Assembly: GCF_000400465.1 (NCBI RefSeq)
Contig: NW_008806291.1
Span: 195,680-227,679 of the forward strand
Source: Wallemia ichthyophaga EXF-994
Taxonomy: Eukaryota > Fungi > Basidiomycota
Direction: 5' to 3'
Length of the DNA stretch: 32,000 bases
The first letter of the stretch is position 1; each line of letters begins with the position of its first letter. Below, piece by piece: positions 1-10,888 of the stretch. Below the pieces are notes generated by a model. That model was not told the DNA's origin. It searched no databases and worked only from the letters and a program-made list of their open reading frames with translations. Position numbers and translations under genes: made by a program.

Positions 1-111
1 TACACTAAATAAGCGTGAGCTAATAGCAGCGCCTGCTATAGCCAAGAGGGTGAATAGCTTTAGAAGGCTTTTTAGGGTGTTGTTTGTGTTATTTGCAGCA
101 CTCCCCGCCAT
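1..111 (-). CDS. STT3: 5' end of oligosaccharyltransferase catalytic subunit STT3 (runs off the window edge)
   Basis: Manual translation from ATG at 111 gives MAGSAANNTNNTLKSLLKLFTLLAIAGAAISSRLFSV. The first TM helix followed by SSRLFSV matches the STT3 N-terminus (..SRLFSV-I/LRFES..). It is below the ORF-track cutoff. Confidence 0.8.
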   Translation of the reverse strand, partial: MAGSAANNTNNTLKSLLKLFTLLAIAGAAISSRLFSV

Positions 112-133
112 GAATGTTCTTCCTGAGGTTGAA

Positions 134-147
134 ACGTTGCAACGTCA
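134..147. promoter_or_regulatory. 12-bp palindrome ACGTTGCAACGT overlapping a TGACGT bZIP-type core in the STT3/PDI divergent spacer
   Basis: Perfect palindrome at 134-145, with ACGTCA at 142-147 directly before the PDI ATG at 148. Function is inferred only. Confidence 0.35.
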
Positions 148-1011
148 ATGAAATTATCAATTTTAGCTTATAATTTGATAGTGGCAGTAGCTGTGGCTGG
201 TGTGGTGCAGCTAGACAGCAGCTCATTCAACCAAGCCATTCTATCCAACGATTATTCAACTTCATTCGTCGCTTTCACTGCTCCGTGGTGTGGACACTGC
301 CAGAGACTACACGCACCCCTAAACCAGGCTGCAAATAGCTTGGATGGCTTAGTCTCTTTTTACAACGTGGTCTGTCTCTTGTTCACGCCACGGCACTTCC
401 CTCACCCCCAAACAGAACTGCGACGACTCAAAAAACTCAAACATTTGCTCAAAATACAATGTGAAAGGGTTCCCCACGCTGAAAATGTTCAATCGCGGAT
501 CTAAATCACCCCCAAAAGACTACAACGGTGAGCGTACTTCTGCGGCTATATCGGAGTGGGCGGGGAGAGAAATGAGGAATGTGGTTAGTCGATTGGGTGA
601 CTACGGTGCTCTCCAATCGTGGCTCAATAAGGACACACACTCCCCCCACATACTCGTATACACTGCCAAATCATCCACACCCACTCTCCTTAAAGCTTTA
701 GGTCTGAAATTCCCAGGTGCTAAATTTGGAGTGATGAAGTCCACATCACGTAATGCTGAAGTTAAGGATGCTTTAGGGTTAGGTGAGAATGATATACCCG
801 CCCTATTCGTAATCACAGATGGCTCTATTGAGAATGCTGAAAGATATCAAGGTTTGTTGTAATTTGGAGTTTCTACACTTTCTTAACGTTCTGACACACT
901 TTAGGCAAATTGAAATATAAACCACTTAACCAATACCTACAACAAACACTGCCATCTCAATCGAAAACACCTCTTTCAAACGACTCAAAGAAGCCTAGAA
1001 CTGAGTTGTGA
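148..1011 (+). CDS. Protein disulfide isomerase family protein (MPD1/PDIA6-like): one active and one inactive thioredoxin domain
   Basis: Signal peptide and APWCGHC active site. Intron 370-415 joins FYNV|NCDDSKNSNICSKYNVKGFPTLK. Intron 852-904 leads to a last exon ending KKPRTEL*, an ER-retrieval-like tail, with stop at 1009-1011. Confidence 0.9.
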
Positions 1012-1122
1012 GTTGAGTTTAACACCAACTCGATTATATGTTTCAATTTGTTGTAGTGAAAATTTTGCATGAAAGAGTGACATATTGACTCGGAGGCAAT
1101 TAGCCACAGCCCAACCAAAACA

Positions 1123-2730
1123 ATGAGGAAGCTTTCATTAATGCGTGGAATAAGGGAAGAGGATTATGTCAAGTTGATTAGCGTTGATGGGTATGAGTAT
1201 TCAATAGAGACTGCCACACTCCGGCGCCACTCGACGATAATGTCTACGCTTTTTACTGGGTATGGGGGATGTACGGGTAAGCAGGATAATCAAGATAAGC
1301 AGGAAGTGCAATTCATCCCTACGCACACCACCAACTCATCGATCACCACCCCCACCCGCTCGGCATTCGAGCATGACGACATGGAAGAACGCGGCACACT
1401 TGACACACAACCTATTATTGAAACACCCTCCGCACACACGCTCTCCCGCGTAGCCAGCAAGATACGCAACAAATGCACACCACTCTCTCACCAACGCTCC
1501 TCGTTCAGCGGTGGGAACAACAGCAACGGTAGTGGAGACAGTCACAAGGCGTATACACAGGCACAATCGAGCATGAGCACCGGTGGTATCGGTCTCATGA
1601 ACCGCTCAACCTCCTCTCTACCCTCACCACCACCACCCACTTGGCAGAAATTGCGGGGTGATTCTCCGAAACAGTCACAGTCACAGTCACAATCATGTTC
1701 ACGGTCACTGCCGCGTCCACAATCACATGTTTCACTCTACTCTGGCCACTCTAGCTACTCGCATTACTCAGGTATGAAAAATTTAGCAGCTGCATCGCAC
1801 GAGATAGTAAACACGCCGAGTATCCATAACTCTGCACAATCCGATCACTCAAAGCACTCAACTCACCCTGCTCTCCCCGGCCTGGCTGAGGCTATTGAGC
1901 CACACTGCCAGAACACGCAGGGTGCTCTACGGGCAGTGCCTGCGGTGCGCAGTCGGTGTGGTGCCTGGAGCGATGTCTATAGGTGTAAGGATGAGGATGG
2001 TGATGCGAGTGGGAATGGCAATGGCATTAGACATAGAAATAGGAATGACGATAACCATTGCAATCGCAATCCGCTCGCTGTGGAACCCTTGTCTAGCACA
2101 CAAGACACGAAATGCACACCACACATACCTCGAACACCCCAAACACCCCAAACACCCGACACTCCCGACACTCGCATCCGCTACTCGCACGCCAAGAAAA
2201 AGGTCTGGGTGAGTGAGGAAGCCCAAACGGTGGAGGCGTGGGTAAAAGCAATGAGAAGCGGGAGTGCGAGTGTAGACGCCAACACCCTCTCACTCACAAA
2301 GTTGCTAACATGTCTGCGCAAATACGACGACATGGCCACACTCACACTAATTGAAGAACATCTAGCTGATAGGACGACGGCGACGAACAGTCTCAATCAT
2401 CTGCTTCTATCCAAACGACACAACCTGCATACATTGCACAGTGCGTCTGTCGTCAAAGTTCCCGCACACTTCCTGCCTCTCTTATCCTCAGAAGAGATTG
2501 ACGAGATTGGGGGGAATGATATGAAAATCATCTTGAATAGCACTAACACGCTTAATCTGTTACAGTTGTTGGTTTGTAGATGTTATTGGCGCTAGTTACT
2601 CTCTCACACCCAACAGGAATCTAACAGACTGCTCGTCAGTCCTTCCATGGCGTCAAAGCTCAGCGAATCACCTTGCTTGTCATTCAAGCTGCGCATACAC
2701 AACGAAGACTACCTGACTATCGATATGTGA
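1123..2730 (+). CDS. Hypothetical protein with a probable BTB/POZ-like domain interrupted by a long low-complexity insert
   Basis: 490-aa ORF plus a probable intron at about 2573-2616 (GTTTGT...CAACAG) and a last exon ESNRLLV...LTIDM*. The N-terminal VKLISVDGYEYSIETATLRRHSTIMSTLF and the C-terminal LLTCLRKYDD..LIEEHL segment resemble the two halves of a fungal BTB fold. Confidence 0.5.
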
Positions 2731-2923
2731 TAAGACACAAGGCACACAAACGTATCCTTCTTGATTACGAAATTGCACCAATACACACATACACACACTT
2801 AATACTTGTAAAACATACATACATAGCTGTTATTGATGAAAAATCATAAAGGATATACATAGAATCATTCAATGTCGTCGTCGTTGCTCATTGCTCATCG
2901 CTCGTTACTAGCTTTTGCGAGCT

Positions 2924-4959
2924 TCACTTCTTCACACTGCCTATGACAGACTGAGGAGCATACTTCTGTATAACTCCTGGTGGATGAAGCATGTCAAACT
3001 CTTCTGTCGCGTCTCTGCCCGCATAGAGCATGATTGCCTTCTCGCCGCCTGGATGTTCAGGCAAGAAGTTTGTAACGTCCAAGACCTCATCATGGACAAT
3101 AACCCAGCAATCGTCCTTAGATGTATGTTTCTTAACGTCTTCAACAGTGAACTCTGATTTAGTTTCAGTCTTCTTTGATGCTGGCTCGTCGATCTTCTCG
3201 GGCTCCATTTGTGCAGTTGTTCTGTCACCTTGTCTAGCTGGCTCACTTTGGGCTGGTGGTTGGGATGTGCCCGCGTTGCTGTCGTCCTGATGCCCCCAAG
3301 AGTACTCCAACGTCAGCTTCGAGTTGGATGGATCAATCCTAACCTTGGTCTCGAGCGGCTGACCGGCAACATGTGCACCCAACAATCCCAACCTCTGAGC
3401 AGCTTTACCGTTGAGATTCTCAGTGAGCATGTAGCGAGCTGCCGAATCACCAGCCACCCTACCGAAGACAACACAGCCAAGAAGTGATGATCCACCCAAT
3501 CTGTTGGCTCCGTGTACACCACCTGCTAACTCTCCACATGCAAATAGACCCGGTATGGTACCTTGTTCGCCGAGAATCTCAGCGGAGGCGTTTATTTCAA
3601 CACCACCCATAGTGAAGTGGAGAACTGGGGTCATTTGTGCGACATGGAAGGTGTCGTCCATCTTCCACTCATCTCCTTTGTCAAAGAAAAACTTCTTGCC
3701 ATATGGATCTTTCTTCTTGCCATGAGCAATATCGTTGTAGTCTTGGAACGTCTTGTTGAGTGCATCTGAAGAAACACCCATTTCCTTGGCGAGGTCGGAA
3801 CCGTTGGTGAATTTTTTCATTAAGCCACGTCCGACATAGTGCTTGCAGTGCCATTCACTAGGGGTGTGTTAGTTGTATGAATATATTTATAAACAACTGA
3901 CATTTGTCTGGATGCAGGACCATTTAATATCAAACGAATAGGATCTTTTTTAATTTCCCACATACGACCAGTGACATAATCACGATGACCAAGTTCATCA
4001 CAGAATCTTTGACCTTGGTTGTCAACAAGTAGACCACCGACACCTCTAAGCGCCTCAGCAGCTAAGAACTTAACCTTGGAATCAGGTTCCTTGGGATCTA
4101 CGAGACCGGTAGGATGAACTTGAACCTTCTCAAGATCAACGGCAGCGCCACCAATGCCAAGGACCATTTTATGACCGTCACCAGTGGACCAAGGACCGTT
4201 AGTGGTTGGGAGGTGCATTAAATCAGGGCGATGTTTAGCGAGTAAAGAGTTATCACCAAAATCAGCTGCATAACCACCTGTTGCGAGAATAACGGGACCT
4301 AATTCGGTGAATTTTTGACCATCTTTCTCATACTCAACGCCAGTGACGGTAAGGTCATTATCCTGAAGTAAGCGGGTGACGCATGATTTTTTGAGAACAT
4401 TTGCACGATTTGGTTGAGATTGAGCAAGGTCTTCGAGTTTCTCCATCAAAGCGTAAGTGATAGTCATTCCAGGGAATTGGCCACCTTCACCGCGGTGAGT
4501 GCGTGGCTGTGAGTGACCACCAAGTCTTGCAACTTTAGATAAATCGAGTTTAAATTCCTCTGTGAGCCATTTAATAGCGTCACCTGATTTACCCGTGAGA
4601 ACGTGAAGTAAATCATCCCTTGCGAGTTCTCTGGCTGACTTTTTAGAGTCTTGGAAGAAAACAGAGGATGAGTCCTTAATCTCATTTCTCATTTGAGCTT
4701 CAGTTCCAGCGCCATTTATTCCGCTTGTAGCTTTAGTTGAGTTGCCTCCAAAGAAAGATGCCTTGTCGATCACGACGACGTTTCCACCGCGTTCGAGGAT
4801 GGTGTGTGCTGTGTGCGAATGAGCGGGCCAATCAGAATAAAGCTATTACTCACCTGCAGACAGCCCGCTGAGACCGCCACCTAGATTTAAAAGTCAGATA
4901 GCTGTGAGTGGGTACACAGAACCACACTCACCGACTACGATTGTCTTTTGCTTGTCCAT
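2924..4959 (-). CDS. Soluble FAD-dependent fumarate reductase (Osm1/Frd1 family) with C-terminal cytochrome b5 domain
   Basis: Spliced N-terminus MDKQKTIVVG|GGLSGLSA|AHTILERGG (introns 4881-4931 and 4809-4853). Motifs GGNSTKATSGING, ATGG, QVHPT, AEALRG, LHFTMGG and HGANRLGGSSL are present. A third intron at about 3863-3905 joins ASRQI|EWHCKHY. The C-terminal b5 domain has DCW, HPGG and LHP heme-ligand motifs. Confidence 0.93.
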
Positions 4960-5042
4960 CTATTTAAATTTTGCTATTTGAAGATGGTCGTTGTAGATCA
5001 AGAGCTACTTACCCGGTGAATAACCGTAACACCCTATCAAAT

Positions 5043-5055
5043 CACGTGGACCAAT
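5043..5055. promoter_or_regulatory. Adjacent E-box (CACGTG) and CCAAT box upstream of the fumarate reductase ATG
   Basis: ATCACGTGGACCAATC at 5041-5056, about 85 nt upstream of the ATG at 4959. Motif match only. Confidence 0.3.
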
Positions 5056-5133
5056 CACAGCGCGGGAATTTAAAAGTGAAATTTATACAAAACTAATTAA
5101 TTGAAAATGAGAGGACGTCCAATCCCTCACCAG

Positions 5134-6275
5134 TTAATTTGTTTTTAATTTGCGTGGCTGTGATGTGACAACACTAAACGCCGCAGATCCAAGCTGGGTG
5201 AGAATGTTAAACGATGTAAAAGCGTACGATATCCCACACACCAACACACACAGTGTACCTAAAGTCATCTGGATATTCCAACCATTGCCATACCACCAGA
5301 TGCTAAATATCAGTGAGAGTGCCTTCCTCAAGCTGAGAATGAGGTTGACGGAGAGATTCGATACTTTCTATTCGATTCTTTAGTCGATTTCGGTTTAAAC
5401 ACTGTTCAACTCACAGCAGTCAACTTATTAACCCCAGTAATGCAAATTAACTGCGAAATCACATTCGCCAGTAGAAGGAGATACATGTGGGGTATATCCA
5501 CGTTCACGCCCAATCCACTCACCCCCACTCGGCCCGATCGATGAAAATTCTCAAGCTGAGGAATCAGTGCGGGTAGGAAGAGTGGTATAAGGGGAATAGC
5601 TAGAATATGAGTATAGAAGAGCATCTCCGGCCACGTATGTGAGCCGTACTTTGCGTATATCTTCTCCTGACTAACTCCCATTAGGCTGGATAAGAGGAGG
5701 GCGAGGGAGAGTAATGAGATGCCAGCCATGTAATTTGCATAATCTGTATAATCTGAGTATTCTAAATTGCTAGTGTAATTGTATTCTTTAGCTGATGGAT
5801 ATGGGGAATATAGAGTGGTTAAAATGGTGCCTGCCGTGACTATAACCACACAAATCACTTGTATCAAGGTATATCGCTTATTTAATACCACCCAACCTAA
5901 TAACATGGATATACATAACCCAGAACACCGAAACACCATATGTATCGGTAGTGGAATGCTAAACTTGAAAGCCAGATTGTTCAATATATTTACAGTAATG
6001 AAACCACAAACAATAAAAGCCCAATCATACAATGGTACTTGTCGTGATTTCAGTTGTGGGAGATGAGTGGATGGATTAAGACAAATGAAATTTGGCAGGT
6101 GATAAAGTGAAATAGCAGCGAATTGAGTGAACGTGAGCAAAACGCCAGCATCTGGAGCATTCCTCATCAAACCCTCCAAAGACCAAGCATTAGAGCAACA
6201 GCCACCGAAGATACCGAATAAAATGAATATCCAATCGTTGGATATCAGTATCAGTAGCCAGCTTAATATATTCAT
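5134..6275 (-). CDS. YEA4: UAA-family nucleotide-sugar transporter (UDP-GlcNAc transporter YEA4/SLC35B4-like)
   Basis: Motifs IFGGCCSN, LLTFTQF, NNLAFKFSIPLPIHMVFRCSGL, QEKIY and EMLFYTH, with multiple TM helices. An intron at about 5369-5414 joins VNKLTA|KVSNLSVNLILSLRKALSL. Confidence 0.88.
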
Positions 6276-6314
6276 CCCGTTAGTTGAATTCGTTGGCTGT
6301 CAACCACCAACTTG

Positions 6315-6953
6315 ATGTCGAAATTCATTCTTACAACCACCAAACCATTCATACGGTCTGTTACTCAGTATGTTTCTTACAATCCCCGGCGCTACGTTAC
6401 TTCCCCTCCAAACTCTACCGCCTTCGACACTCACGGCTTCGTCAAACGTCTCGAGCAAGAAGGCGTCCCCAAGCAACAAGCAGAAGGCATCATGCTTGGT
6501 CTCTCCAATGTTATCGACGAGAGTGTCAGGAATATGGCTGCAGATATGGTCAGTCGTGCGGAACACGACAGAAATCACTATACCCAGAAAGTTGATTTTG
6601 CTGCCCTAAAATCTGAAATACAACTTCACGAGAAGAGCGACCTTACCTCCCTTAAATCTGAAAACGAGAGACTTATGGGGGATGTAGAGAAACTCAAACA
6701 GAGATTGAGAGAGGAGATCACCCGCACTCAAGCTGGTGTCCGACTCGATTTGAACCTCGAGAAAGGAAGAGTCCGTGATGAATCCAGCGTTCAGGAACTT
6801 AAATTGAAGGAGGTGTCCGCGAGGATGGAGAGTGAAGTCGCTGCTGTACGCACACAAATGGAGTCATCTAAAATGGCACTATTACAGTACATTATTGGTA
6901 TTCTCACTGGTGGTGGTGCACTCCTCCTCGCTTACCTGAGGTTGATTACATGA
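6315..6953 (+). CDS. DUF1640 / CCDC90-MCUR1 / Fmp32-like mitochondrial coiled-coil membrane protein
   Basis: Presequence-like N-terminus, FDTHGFVKRLEQEG..QAE, a coiled coil with RLDLNLEKGR and a C-terminal TM helix. The first true ATG is 6315; the ORF track starts at a TTG. Confidence 0.88.
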   Translation: MSKFILTTTKPFIRSVTQYVSYNPRRYVTSPPNSTAFDTHGFVKRLEQEGVPKQQAEGIMLGLSNVIDESVRNMAADMVSRAEHDRNHYTQKVDFAALKSEIQLHEKSDLTSLKSENERLMGDVEKLKQRLREEITRTQAGVRLDLNLEKGRVRDESSVQELKLKEVSARMESEVAAVRTQMESSKMALLQYIIGILTGGGALLLAYLRLIT

Positions 6954-7013
6954 TTAGATAGATGGTTACTTAGTGTAAAGATATCCCTGTAATAAATACT
7001 CATACAACATGCT

Positions 7014-9464
7014 CTAGAATACAATACTAGTGAGTGCTTTTTGTGCCGCTTTCTTGGCTGCGTGGGGGTCTGAAGGTATGTGTTCAATGTCTTGATCCTG
7101 AGGTGTGGGTGTGTATGGATTTGCGGGTGCAGTTGCAGCAGGTGTCCCTTCTGCTACGGGTAATTTCGTTGTACTACTTGCACCACCTACACCACCCACG
7201 CCCCCCAGAATCCCCATCAACTCATCCAAAACCTCCCTGCCTGCCATCCGCGACGACCTATCGAGAAAGTCCGGTGGGCTGAATGCGCTTTTGAGTTTCT
7301 GACCCACGTCCACATCCACATCCACATTCTCTCCATCAAACACAACTTCATCACCGCCACGTCTAGGCAGTGAATCCGGGCTAGTCTGATCTAGAAGATA
7401 ATCAGTAGCGTCGTCCTTCTCACTTGACATTCCATCGACATCCTTCGATGGGGCGTCGCTATAGTGTGTTTTTTCGATTGTAGAGTTGTTTGAGGTGTTA
7501 AATTCGATACCGAGTCCGCTAGCGTGGTCGTATCTGTCTTTCCCTGTCACATCACCATCTCTCCCTCCTTTCCTTTCTTTCCCTCCTCTCAAATCTCCAT
7601 CTCCACCCACCTCATCCAACCCACATGCATACGACCGCAGTGCATGGCTGAGAGGACGATGAGCGGTGCGGTAGAGAGAGTAATCCCCAGTAGCGTAGCA
7701 AGCAAAGAGGGTATCGTAGGCCTCTTCCAGATGACGGAGGGAGGCCAATGTGAGAGAGTGAGTGTGAGTGTGAGTGTGTGCGTGATTGCCACCACTCGTA
7801 TTGCTCCAACTACTTCCACCATTTCCACCACTTTCATCACCCCTACCTCCCCCGCCACCCAGCAATACCCCGTTTAACCGTCCGAGCGACCTAGCGAGAT
7901 CGCGGACTACCCCCCTCACACCCCGCCAATACACCTCTGCTTTGCACGTGTAACGGAGCGCTACGAGCGTCACCACGGCCACTTTGCGTGAGTCGTGAAC
8001 GTGTTGGCGAAGCTCCCAAAGACGTGTCTTTGAAAGTACTGCTTTGGGTCTGCGTTGTGCGATGCTCGATGGTTTGATGAGGTGGGGAGGTGTGGTTGGT
8101 TGAGATTCTTGAGATACTTGAGACTCTTGAGATACTTGAGACTCTTGTGCTTGTTGTGGCTGCTGTGATTTTTCAGACTCTTGAGTGGCAAGTTGCTGCG
8201 ACTGCTGAGGTTGTTGCACCTGACCCTCCTCACCCCCCTCACATACCACCAAGCTGCTCTTACGCGACGCGGCAGGGGAAGGGGAGGGGGAGATATGAGT
8301 GATGGGAGTGCCGAAGCTGTTGCGAGTGAGAGGAGGGGCAGGTATAGATGCCGTGGCTGCTGCGGCTGCTGGAGTGAGATTGGAGGTGGAAGCAAGTTGG
8401 AGGTGCTGCTGCGAGACAGCTCTCTGTCTAACAGTATGTGGAGGTGGTTTGACTGGATGTGGGTGTGAATGTGTTGCGCTCGTTGTGCTGTGTGCATCGT
8501 ATGTGTTGTGCACTGCCGAGTGCGCCCGTGCTCGCGGTCTGTGGCGCCCTTGTGTGCCCATCTGCGTCACTACTCCTGTGTGCATCTCTAATAAGGACCG
8601 TTCAGGGTTGTAGTCGGTGTGGGCGTCTTTTACCTCGTGCTCTTTTTCTCCTTGCTCTGTCTCAATGCCTCGACTGTCCCGACTCGCCCTTTTACCTCCC
8701 TTGCCTCCCTCAAAAGCCCTGTTGACAGGTGAATGAACGTAGGTGATGGTGGGGGAGGTGCGTGGGGTGATATAAGTGCTGTGGTGGGGTATGTGGTTGT
8801 TTCTAGGGGAATTATTAGGGTGGTTAGTGTGATTCACCTGACCTAACTGACTCGAGTGACTCGATTGAGCTGAATGCGTAGAGTTACGCGTATACATAGC
8901 CTCCAGAGCCACCCGCTTATCATTGTCAACGAGGTGTTTGAGTGATTGGGTGTGTTCGCTGAAAGTGTCCTGGATTCTACTCAGCGTGTCATACACAACT
9001 GTCTTCTTATGTGTGTTTAAAGAGGGTTGAGTAAGGATGTTGAATGTAGTAACGTCAGAAATCTCACACTCGCGCAGAATGGCCTGCAAATAAGCCATAA
9101 CCTGTGTTCTGGATGTGGGAGTGTGTAGGAAGGCTATTGAAGAGAGAGTAATCAGGATAATAAGGGTGTTTAGCGGGTGGAATAGCAACCATACTACCCC
9201 GCCAAACAACTGTATATTGAGAAAAGAGTGAAAATTGTTCATATCATCCAAATCATTGAGATTATCAAGGCCATTGATATAGCTCACTCCGGCTGTGTTT
9301 ATAGGGTGTGTACCGAGGAGATAAGAGCTGATGAAGGAAAACTGGAGATTAGCTGGATTTATATCGATTGAACCGGGTAATTGAGTGGGTATAGTCGGTG
9401 TCGTCGGTGTCGTCGGTGCTATTGTCTGCGTAACATCCACATCATCCACGCCATCCACCTCCAT
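7014..9464 (-). CDS. Membrane protein, probable vezatin-like (myosin-binding, PF12632-type) with large low-complexity inserts
   Basis: 816-aa ORF. FSFISSYLL precedes a TM pair. LEAMY, RKVAVVTLVALRY...YWRGVRGVV and C-terminal EVLDELMGIL resemble conserved blocks I recall from fungal vezatin-like proteins. No search was run. Confidence 0.5.
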   Translation of the reverse strand: MEVDGVDDVDVTQTIAPTTPTTPTIPTQLPGSIDINPANLQFSFISSYLLGTHPINTAGVSYINGLDNLNDLDDMNNFHSFLNIQLFGGVVWLLFHPLNTLIILITLSSIAFLHTPTSRTQVMAYLQAILRECEISDVTTFNILTQPSLNTHKKTVVYDTLSRIQDTFSEHTQSLKHLVDNDKRVALEAMYTRNSTHSAQSSHSSQLGQVNHTNHPNNSPRNNHIPHHSTYITPRTSPTITYVHSPVNRAFEGGKGGKRASRDSRGIETEQGEKEHEVKDAHTDYNPERSLLEMHTGVVTQMGTQGRHRPRARAHSAVHNTYDAHSTTSATHSHPHPVKPPPHTVRQRAVSQQHLQLASTSNLTPAAAAATASIPAPPLTRNSFGTPITHISPSPSPAASRKSSLVVCEGGEEGQVQQPQQSQQLATQESEKSQQPQQAQESQVSQESQVSQESQPTTPPHLIKPSSIAQRRPKAVLSKTRLWELRQHVHDSRKVAVVTLVALRYTCKAEVYWRGVRGVVRDLARSLGRLNGVLLGGGGGRGDESGGNGGSSWSNTSGGNHAHTHTHTHSLTLASLRHLEEAYDTLFACYATGDYSLYRTAHRPLSHALRSYACGLDEVGGDGDLRGGKERKGGRDGDVTGKDRYDHASGLGIEFNTSNNSTIEKTHYSDAPSKDVDGMSSEKDDATDYLLDQTSPDSLPRRGGDEVVFDGENVDVDVDVGQKLKSAFSPPDFLDRSSRMAGREVLDELMGILGGVGGVGGASSTTKLPVAEGTPAATAPANPYTPTPQDQDIEHIPSDPHAAKKAAQKALTSIVF
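8100..8147. repeat. 9/18-nt tandem repeat (CTTGAGATA/CTTGAGACT) encoding QESQVS repeats
   Basis: Read directly: ttgagattcttgagatacttgagactcttgagatacttgagactcttg. Confidence 0.85.
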
Positions 9465-9580
9465 ACCAATTTCTAGTAAATCCTTATAAGCCAGGCTATA
9501 CCCGCGCTACAACCACTCACCCCTCATATAATCATCAATTGGTGTATCTCCAAATACAACACTCTCCATTTTCCACCTCG

Positions 9581-10338
9581 ATGAGCGCCAACAAGAGGAT
9601 TAGAGTGGGTTGCTAGTAAAATTCAACAATCGCTATTAATTTTCTAATCTCCTTCAATTTTACTAGTCGCTTCAAATATCCCGCCCCGTTGTCATAGGCA
9701 ATACAGCCCGCGCGATAACCCCCGAAGAGCGGGAGAAAGACGCTACGATTCCACCGACGCACACGCACCGATGGACGATATCGGTGCGCTCGCCTAGCCC
9801 TCAGCGTGCAGAAAGCAGCTATGACGAGGGATGCGAGGGGATACACGACGAGGGATTATCGACGTGGCTGCGACGCGTGCAAATACGTCTGCACGATACA
9901 TACAAAGACAATAACCGCACTCTCGACAAGCCCCCGTTCGTCGTTAGCGAGACTGGTTGGGGGGAGTTCGAGGTGGTGATCCGTCTCCATTTCCCAAGCG
10001 AGGCCGGTGAACGCCCCATGGTACTCCACCACATGCTCAAGCTCCATCCGTGGAACGTCACAAGCTCAATCCCCAGAGACGACGGCTTGCCTCCTACAGT
10101 GCACAGCTGGCAGTACGATGAGATCGTATTCAGCGATCCTCATGAATCTTTCTTCCACCTCCTCACATGCAATCCACCGCCACCCCTGCCAGATTCAGGA
10201 CCATTCAGCAAACAGGACATTCACAGCGAGACTACGAAACTCAACAAGGCCAGACGAATAACTGTTGCTGAGACTACCAAGCTGAGAGACGAGCTTATAA
10301 GAATGGAGGCTGAGTTGAAGGCGGTGAGGAGGGCGTGA
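9581..10338 (+). CDS. YAF9: YEATS-domain chromatin reader Yaf9
   Basis: Exon 1 9581-9604 (MSANKRIR), intron 9605-9666, then SLQISRPVVIGNTA..HTHRWTISVR..RLHDTY..PPFVVSETGWGEFEV..F..LHHMLKLHP..QYDEIVF, followed by a C-terminal coiled coil. Confidence 0.93.
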
Positions 10339-10355
10339 AAATTTGATCAAGCTAG

Positions 10356-10731
10356 TTACAAAGCGTATTTGATTATAAAGTACAAGGCCAACACCACCAC
10401 TATGACAAGTATTGTATATTTATATGTACTATTCGCATTTCTGATTTGTTTTCTTATGTTAGTTTTCTTGATACCATTGCTAAGACTGGCGATGAAACCT
10501 TCCTGCAGAGGGGTAAGAACGAGACACACACACTCACACACCCACACTGCCCATCATTCCCTGTATCTGCGACTCGGATTGGTCGTATATATCACTCGTC
10601 GCGCCACGCAGCCTGCGCAGCTTATCAGTCAACCCTTCCATTGACTCGTCGTTCTGCTGCTCCATTTCGCGGCTTTGGTGGTGTGTCAGAAGGTCTCTTC
10701 TTTTAAGCTAACGTAAAATATACTTGGACAT
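10356..10731 (-). CDS. Small tail-anchored Qc-SNARE (Sft1/Bet1-like)
   Basis: Spliced model MSN|REMEQQNDESMEGLTDKLRRLRGATSDIYDQSESQIQGMMGS|EGFIASLSNGIKK...TILVIVVVLALYFIIKYAL*. The first intron has a CTGAC branch site and AAAG acceptor; the second ends CTGCAG. It encodes a SNARE heptad plus a C-terminal TM. Confidence 0.75.
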
Positions 10732-10888
10732 GATTGTTTTATGATAAGACAACTCATAATCAGCATGTGTGCTTTGTTTGGTATTTGATAATCGAGTGAT
10801 TGTTTGTGCTAAATTACTTTTCAACAATCTCAACCCTATTGCGACATGAACGTAAACAAATGCATAAATAGACGTACAAACGAGGTGC

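Noticed and set aside
2924-3260. Fumarate reductase fused to a cytochrome b5 domain as a novel architecture
   Set aside because: This fusion is already known to be common among fungal Osm1/Frd1-family proteins, so it is annotated but not novel.
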